This document shows, piece after piece, positions 56,093-64,000 of a DNA stretch of 64,000 nucleotides. This stretch comes from Vicugna vicugna. Taxonomy: Eukaryota. The notes beneath the pieces are model-generated. The model saw only the letters and a program-made list of their open reading frames with translations. It did no database searches and had not been told where the DNA came from. Made by a program: the position numbers and the translations under genes. The first letter of the stretch is position 1. Each line of letters starts with the position of its first letter. The DNA is taken from contig MU057880.1 in assembly GCA_013265495.1 (NCBI GenBank), forward strand, positions 1,270,527 through 1,334,526, in the 5' to 3' direction.

Positions 56093-58761
56093 TAAGTTTT
56101 ACGATGTAGTGACAGAGGCAGGACATCACATTTATGCTGAGTAAGCAGTGAGGTTTTGAGGAAACTCACATCCTGTGTCTGATCGATGGGGCCCTGAAAG
56201 GGAACCAGGGAACGGGGGCCCTGAGAAGGGAAATGAACCCAAGACAGATCATCACCGACTCACACCACCTGCAGAGCTCCCGCTGCATCTCACGTCCGCC
56301 GTGTGGCTTGGCTCTCACTGTGACAACCTACGTGGGCGTAGTGGGAAGCCCGCAGGGGTCTCTGAAATAGAAAGTGCAGGGATAAGCAAGTGGCAAAAGC
56401 TCTGTCACCAGGACCCAGGACAGGGGAGTCACAGATTGCAGATACTGACGTGCAGGATGTCCAACGGCGGAATAAACTCAAGTGACTTTATCAACACGTA
56501 GAAAGTCAGAGCCAATCGGCTGAGTAGAACAGAGTGTCGAAGGCCAATGAATGGCTATTTATTCAAATAGGGGGCTTTCTGAGCGCTTGACAATCCTTCC
56601 ATAGACGTAGATTATGGGAAAAAGGTATCCTGAGCTTACACATATTTGGAAACCAAGGGACTAAGACACTTAAGAGTGGCAGAAACCTCACTGTAGAGTC
56701 TGAGCTGTTTGCCCCCAGCCACGGAGTCTGTGGCTGGATTTCAGGCTTCCCCTCGTAACTACCCTTCCTGGTCTCCCTTGGGCAAAAATCAGCGCCACTA
56801 GAAGAGGGGGTGGGTCTGAGACTTGAAGATAGAAGATGCTCTAGTGTAACAGTCGGCCAGCTTTGTGAAGCTGAGTGACGGCTGGGAGCGCAGGGGCGAG
56901 TCTGAAATTGACGGGAGAACCCAGGTCCTCCAAGTCTGGTCATTTTTCTGCGGAACGTCATTGTTCCTGCTGTTACTATTACTCTTTTTACTAAACCTCT
57001 GAAGCCTGTTTCAACAGTTCTTCCCAGCACCATGAGTTAGGGAGCGTGGATTTTATGTACTGTCAACACTAGAGAGGATGCATTTCGTGAGCCCCCATTC
57101 CATGCATCTTGGCCGTGTCTTTCCCTGTTAATACCCACTCCTCGCACCTCTTTGTGGACTGAAGGTAGAGTGTATAGCAGATTCTCTTCTCTCTGTGTCT
57201 AAACTAAGAAGATTGTAGGTGTGGGGGAATTTACACCCCAGAGGCATCAGTTCCTGGGTTGATATTACAGTGTCTTAAATCCCGGAATTTCCTCTTAGAA
57301 TTAAGAGTGCCTGGAGACCCTACCTATCCCATACATTCATAAAAATATGAATAATATTTTACTTATGCTTTCAAAGAGGATTTAACTTTAAATGCATTAT
57401 GAGGAGTAATGAGCTTCAAGTGAAATCTTCTTTGAATAAGTAATTTACACCTTCCAAAGCAAAAATGAAGACTTGGCTAACCCAGATTTATGCCTGGAAT
57501 ATTTCTGCGAATCCGGGTAATGCAAAAGCAGGTAATTTTTTTTTCCTTTATGAAAAGAATTTGTCACGAAAGAGATCCATGGTTTTAATGGTCTCATCTC
57601 ATCATTCTGCCACAGCTAAATTGGTTCAAGGGCCATAGAACTTATAAATCACGGATTATGAATACTTCATAGAGCAAAGGTGCTTGCTTAATTAATACTG
57701 TGGTCACTAAATTATATAGCACATGTCTTCAGGGAGCTTGGAGCATCTGATTAGCATTCTTTAACCCCACACTGACTCAGGCCCATTAAGCACGTCCAGC
57801 TCTGCGGCCTCTGGTCTGTCTCCAGCATCAGCGATGCTGGAACATGTGGACAGCTTGTTCTCATGGCCCTCGGCGCCGTCCCTGGCCTGCTCCACTGAAA
57901 TTTGTAAAAGGTGCTTGGAGGCCAGAAACTTCTAGCAAACTGTGCTCTTGAAGCATGTTCTCTTTTAGTGTTTTAGGGACAACTGAGTTTACTTTGAAGA
58001 TGACTATTAAATCCCAATATTTCTATGGTGCTTTCAGCAGCATTTTCACGAAAGCTGGGAGAGAGACCAAACTGGAGATGCGGCAAACCATTGCTTATAA
58101 TTTTGGATCAGAAATGTTACTAAGTCCTTCAGAGAATGCAGGAGCTAGGCCCCTGGCTTTATTTATTTATTTTTTTCCTTAATGAAGAACAGAAAGCACA
58201 ATGCACTCTCTTTAGCTCTTTCAGCAAGGAGTCTTCTAAACTGATCTCAGGTTTTCCAGGAGAGATGCTTCATTGTGGAATGCCCTGGCTCTCCAACCTG
58301 ACTTCTGCTGAATTTATTTGCAAGCAATTTAGTATTCTAGTTCAATGGAACGTTCCCAGATTCTTAGAATTCCTGAAGGATCATCCGAATCAAAGGCAAT
58401 TCTTTATTTAATTGGGCATTTCGGAATGATTTCTTTCTCTAGACTACATGCATTTTGGGTGATTTCACATCAAATCCAGTCATGCAACTTCTACTCAGGA
58501 AGAGAACTTTACTGACATTGTCAGCATCTTGCTTCTATGTTTTCTTGCATAAAACTGTGCGTTGACACTTCGGAGGGTATGTTCTGCTTGACAGATTACA
58601 GTGGTTTCTCTGAGGGAGATGGAGCTTGCAAATTGAGGAAAGCATTTTTGCCAGGTTCTCCAAATTCTTTCTAATTCTGTGCCTCTCTTTGCCTACATAG
58701 AATGGCCTTAAGTAAGATGTTAGTATGTCAAGTTCTCAACGGTGTAGAAGAGTCAATTCCT

Positions 58762-58811
58762 CTGTACACCGGAAATTGACACAACACTGCAAACTGACTA
58801 TACGCCAATAA
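58762..58811 (+). mobile_element. Very short L1 3'-terminal fragment
   Basis: ctgtacaccggaaattgacacaacactgcaaactgactatac is the reverse complement of the L1 termini at about 32765 and 10560. Confidence 0.8.
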
Positions 58812-58935
58812 CCTATTCTTCTAGCACATAATTATTAAAGAGGTGTCAGCTTGACAGTGACAAAAGTGACTGGATTCTCAAGGCCCTACCTGATCGTGTG
58901 ATTAGGGCCAGACTGAACGACTACGGATGAAATAA

Positions 58936-59160
<225 letters not shown>

Positions 59161-61480
59161 CAGAACATTCTCCCGGCCAGGGGACAGGCTGTCATGTGTG
59201 CCTTTCCGTTTTTTGGTTTTGAGTCAAGTCGACAGACCTCAAGCCTTTTTCAGAACGAGGCCATGGCCATGAATGCATGGAATCAATGAATCGAATCAAG
59301 GGTACATGGTGAGTGTGAACACTTGAAGCCAACTCGAGAAGCTCTGGAAACCCATACGGATAAAAAGATACTCCTTTACGTTTTCCTTTAACATCACTGC
59401 GCGGGAGTCTCAGCGTCTGAGTGGCTGCACTGGCTGTCCCGTGATAAAGCACTGGTCACGTTGTATAACAGGACAGCGTAAACCCGAGGTAGGGACTCCT
59501 TCAACAGAGAGGATCTGATGCCACTTTGATTGGTCTGACCAAATGCCCATGGGAACCGTTCTGGACATTTTTCTGTTGCTGATTGTTACAACAGGGCAGT
59601 CCCGAGGCTGCCCAGAGACAGCTCTACGGTGGAGAACCGGGGCCATGATCCGCAGAAACATCGGAGCACGCGATAACTTGAGGTAGAAATGGTGGTCTAT
59701 TTGTAAACCCCCCAGCGTATATTCTATTGGACCTACAGATGGCCAGCCAGCTCTGTGATCCTGAGCAGCAAGCATCATTTTCCATTCCTTCCTAGGAGTG
59801 CCCTTTCTTGTCGCTATGGAAATCATCCACACCTGACAACTTACACGTTAGGTGTAGTTTTACTCTCTCACTGTTGGTCCAGCTTATGTCCAGTGGCTTA
59901 GAAATTAATCGCTTTTCAGGTATAAAGTTACCTATGTGAAACTGCACTTCGCGGATCTCTTTTTTAAAGTGGATACTGTTTTAAAATTTTTTGTCATTTT
60001 TACCAAAGATGTACCATACTTTCTGTATATTTTATTAATAATAGTGGATTTCTTCAAATTTGTTCCATATAATTGTATTTAATTGATGTCATCCAGGATC
60101 AGATATGGAGTGTGTTTCAATATATTGTTTGGCTTGTTCTCATGTGGATAATATGAACAAGCTAAATTAAAGCCCAGCCCCGATCAGTTCTCCTCAGTGA
60201 AAGCTCATGGCTAGAACTAAAGCAGCAAGTCAGAGGGCAGTAAGCCTCAAATAATTCTCCTTGGGCTTGACCAACTTTTTAATGTGGTGGGAGGCCGTGG
60301 ACACAGAGCAGGTCACCTGCTGAGCCTTCGTGTCCTTGGAGATCCCCTGTCATCAGACAAGATGGATGTTCACATGGAGGTTCCAAACCTTGAACAAATC
60401 ATGATTACCCTCCCACCACCTCCCACTCCCTACCCCTTATTTAAAAGCTAACATACTGATTTCTCCTTTCTCTGAAAGCTTAAAAATAGAACTTAAGAAT
60501 GTTTCTAATACAGGCTATCCTCTATTTTCTCAGTTCCACATGTTTTTGCTAGACTACGCCCCCTTTTCTGTGTTCTGATCAAGGGTAACTCAATGTCACC
60601 GTAAATTAGAACTATTCAACACGTTACGACGACAAATGCTAGGTGTTTTTTTAAAAAGAGCATATCTATAGATTTTAATTTATACAAATGTATGGGAGCA
60701 AAATGTCAAACTAATATGTTGAGTACCAGAGAAGGTGGACCAAGGGACAGGGAATGTTAGATCATCTAATTATAACTGTTTGGGTCCTGCATTCAGGTCT
60801 GACTTTCAGCATCCTCACTTGCCGGCTGACTCTTGGAGAGCTGGTCTCCAGACCATTCTCTCTTTGACATTCCCTTGTGAAATATTTGCATTTTACTATG
60901 CTTTTTATGGACTAGACCATCCTACGCAAATTTGTGACGCTGGCACTGGGAATCCCAGGTTCCTCAGAAGTGGCTTTAATTTTACACCTCATACTCCACG
61001 GCTTCTGGGCAGCTAGGTCCTTCTGCTGGGGGTCTGGTGGTTTGTCTGCCTCCAGTTATTCTGAAATGCTGAATGTTGAACGCAAGGCCCAGGAACACGT
61101 GTTTGTTTTGGTCACCTTTGCTTTTTAACAGTGCTTTTTGTTTTAGACTCAGTGAATAATTCAGGCTGTATTAGTTTCGGATGATAGGTAGCTGGAGGCC
61201 AGGGTTTTCGTCCTAATGATTAATATTCTCTTCTCTCACTGAAAACAGTGGGGATGCTCTGTGCCTTTCGGATGCAGTCCAACGATGCTGCGGTTTGGTT
61301 CACAGAAGCACATGATGTGGCTTATTTATAACTTGAGAAACTTAAGATAGAGCAGTTTACCTTGGCAGACATACAAAAGCTTATTCTTGTGCAATTAATT
61401 ATTTTTAAGCTGATGTTATGAAAATAAATATGTATCTGAAATATCTGTAATAAAAATATTGGAAATTAAAAATTCACGCC
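59161..61480 (+). other. GASK1B: GASK1B 3' UTR, about 2.3 kb
   Basis: Repeat-poor stretch from the stop codon to a cluster of poly(A) signals. Confidence 0.6.
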
Positions 61481-61505
61481 TTTTATTTTGTAGACTTTTT
61501 TTGGT
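61423..61505 (+). terminator. Polyadenylation signal cluster
   Basis: AATAAA at 61423 and 61449, ATTAAA at 61465, followed by a T-rich downstream element (ttttattttgtagacttttttt). Confidence 0.7.
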
Positions 61506-63784
61506 AGATGGGTTGCTTTTCAGAAGTTATGTTTAGGGGAGCGTTGGCTCCCTTTATCCATGAGAAAAGAAACCATTGCATCATTTAGAGTTGCACCGGG
61601 TTGTTTCTGTGTTTGTGTATGTTTGATTGCGTTAACAGCGACATGACACCTTCTCTTGGTGTATGTATAGCGTTGTTTTAGGTGGTGTGCAAATTAGTTC
61701 ATAGCTGTCACTAATTTGGGGTTTTCTCTGCTTGGGGTGAGTTTTACCATTATATTTAAAATTTTCTTTATAACATTCATATTTATTAAGCTCATCAGGC
61801 ACCTGGGGAACTTACTGAACTACAAAATGTCTCAGACTCATGCTCAAAATATTTATAATCTCTGAACTTGTGTGACAGCTTGTTTATACCATTGGACTTC
61901 TAAATATACATGAAAGTATATTATACCTAGTGAATATACATTAAATATACATTAAATTATATTATACCTAGTGAATAAAATAACCTACATGGAGATTCAT
62001 CTACACATTGTCTTATAAATTCTGATGTCTATCTCAGCACAGAACAAGCTGGGCACATTTAGGGCACAAGCCTGAAAATGTGCTATGGGAACTGTACATG
62101 GGTCAGATAAAGATGATGGAGACCTGTCTCTAAAAACTGCATAATGTCGTCAAGAATGAAAGATTCATATATGAAAGACAATGCAACTTGTCAGAAGAGA
62201 ATTCCAAGTGTCCTTCCAGTGCGATGATCGGCCTGGTTTTGTATTGAACGGGCTGTTTAGTCAAGCTGTAGGTCAGAGGTTAACTTGAAAATTTTTATCC
62301 CTGGGAAATGCAAATAATTTCTGTCTGGTGGAAAAGACAGCCCTAATGGTTTTACAGTTTATTACCTTGTTGGACATTAACCAGTCTTTACATCTAGTCC
62401 AACAACCTCATCCGAACATTGCCTATAAACATTCAGGTTTTGAAATACACTTGGAAATGCTTTTGCCATCTTACTGGTTCCTGCGTTAGTTAATTACTTG
62501 ACTAAAATTTTGACATGTTCATTTTACATTTGCTAAAAGTTGCAGTTTTACCTTTAAGAAAATTTTACTTTAATAAACTTTTGACTGCAGGGTCATAGAA
62601 TTTCCTCTGCTTGACTGTCCTGATTTTACAATTTTGAAACTGTTACTTTCAAGGACTCTCAAAATAGTTACATAATTTTAAGTACTGAATGTTACCGGTT
62701 GATCAACATCTTAAGTTTAGTTTCATCTACTTCTTTAACTTATTAAAAATTATTAGTTGAATTTCAACTTGAAAGGTCTCTTACTCAGAAGGTTTGCTGG
62801 TAGGCTGTTTTGCAACCTAGAAACACACATGGTGGGTGAATGAAGTTGTCACAGAAATCTTTTCTCCCACCATCAATGCCTACGGTTAAATTAGTGCAGC
62901 ATTTTTTTTTTATCTTAGAAAAGGACCTGTTTATCCTCATGTTTCCAAAGTGCATTTTATTTGTTGATAAAAATATGCATAATTTTGTACACAGTAAGAA
63001 ATCTGTATGCATCTTCTTTCCAAAAATGTAATCTGTATTTCTGAGCAATGCTTGTCAAGATTTCTAAAGTTTTTGAGACAAAGAGCTAAAAAAAAAAAAA
63101 AAGTAAAGAAAACTTCGCTTGTCGGTGGCTTTAATCACATACTGCAAAATGGCTAGCTAGCTGTGCTATATTTCAAAAGGCAAACTGGGCTGCAGGGAGA
63201 GGGCCCAGTCGCTAAATGAGACAGAAACAGCTGTGATTTTGCAAGACGGGCCAACATTTTCTTTAGCTCCAGGACAACAGACATTATCTGGCTCATAAAG
63301 TTCTCTATGTTGTTGGCTCCATTTCTGTTTAGGAGAACAAGGGTTCTTGTTCCATATTCTCGTTTCAGGCCCTCAGGAGTATTAAAAATTGAGGTCAATG
63401 TTATTTTTTTCTTAACCTCAGAGTACTTAAAAAAAAAAAGAACTATGATTCAGAAGTCCTCTGTAACTTTGTGAGAATACGTTAGGACTAAGCTTGCAAA
63501 TATCACGTCTTCCCTAGGAGAACTCTGAAATAATTTGCAGCATCTCCCAGGAGAGTCAACCTTCTCTCTCAATCCGGTAGCAAGTGACAGTTATAGGACC
63601 GTCCCAAGAGTTTTGGTGACAATTGTGGCAGTGCCATTTGCTGCTAGTGATGTGTCATTTCCTTTTTCTTACTTTATTGTTTGTTGCAAATAGAGATAAA
63701 ATGCATTGAAAGAGGAGTGACCCAGAGTAGCAAGCGCCTAATTAAGGACATAGGTTACTAATTGAATCTTGACTTGAGCTCCAG

Positions 63785-63898
63785 GCTGCCTACAAGTTGC
63801 CAGTAGTAACACACCTTCAAGTTGGGACAGCCGAAAATGCCTCCACGTATTGTAAACTTGCCCGAGAGGCAGAGTCATCCCTGGTTCAGGTCCATTGG
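63785..63898. mobile_element. MER20-like hAT fragment
   Basis: tgccagtag..agttgggacagccgaaaatgcctcca..cctggtt..ccattg. Confidence 0.45.
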
Positions 63899-64000
63899 TA
63901 GCAAGTCACCCATAATGGGGGAAATCCTTGAATTTTCTGTTGTCTTCTCACATGCAGTTGATGAAGATTTTTCTCTGTCCAATTCCTCATGTTAGAATGC

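Noticed and set aside
56729..56748. Second CTCF-like string cagcgccactagaag
   Set aside because: Spacing does not fit the core motif.
56563..57033. 156-aa minus-strand ORF (also 59410-59832 and 50138-50584)
   Set aside because: No recognisable domain or exon structure; lengths are compatible with chance.

Overview
Mammalian genomic DNA, not prokaryotic. The tRNA-derived SINEs and L1 3' ends look camelid (Vic-1-like SINE); this is an inference. The window holds one complete protein-coding gene on the + strand, GASK1B (FAM198B), a Golgi type II membrane protein of the FAM20/Four-jointed-like secretory kinase clan. It has four coding exons (13903-14803, 31903-32117, 55865-56091, 58953-59160) totalling 1551 nt, or 516 aa, with all junctions GT-AG and phase-consistent. 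A CCAAT/CCAAT/TATA promoter lies near 12180-12282, followed by predicted non-coding first exons, and poly(A) signals cluster near 61423-61470. The rest is intron or flank filled with L1 3' fragments, SINEs, solo LTRs, MIR/L2, DNA transposons and microsatellites. I found no new multi-gene system. The best second-look items are: a TSD-flanked, tailless retrocopy of a 5' tRNA-Cys half; a stack of uORFs, one of which stops on the main start codon (ATGA); an Asp-to-Asn change at the predicted catalytic position; a sense solo LTR with a splice donor at its edge, upstream of the gene; a cryptic NAG-repeat acceptor just after the first coding exon; and a twin-priming L1 inversion. Repeat family names come from remembered consensus sequences, and repeat boundaries are approximate unless a TSD is given.
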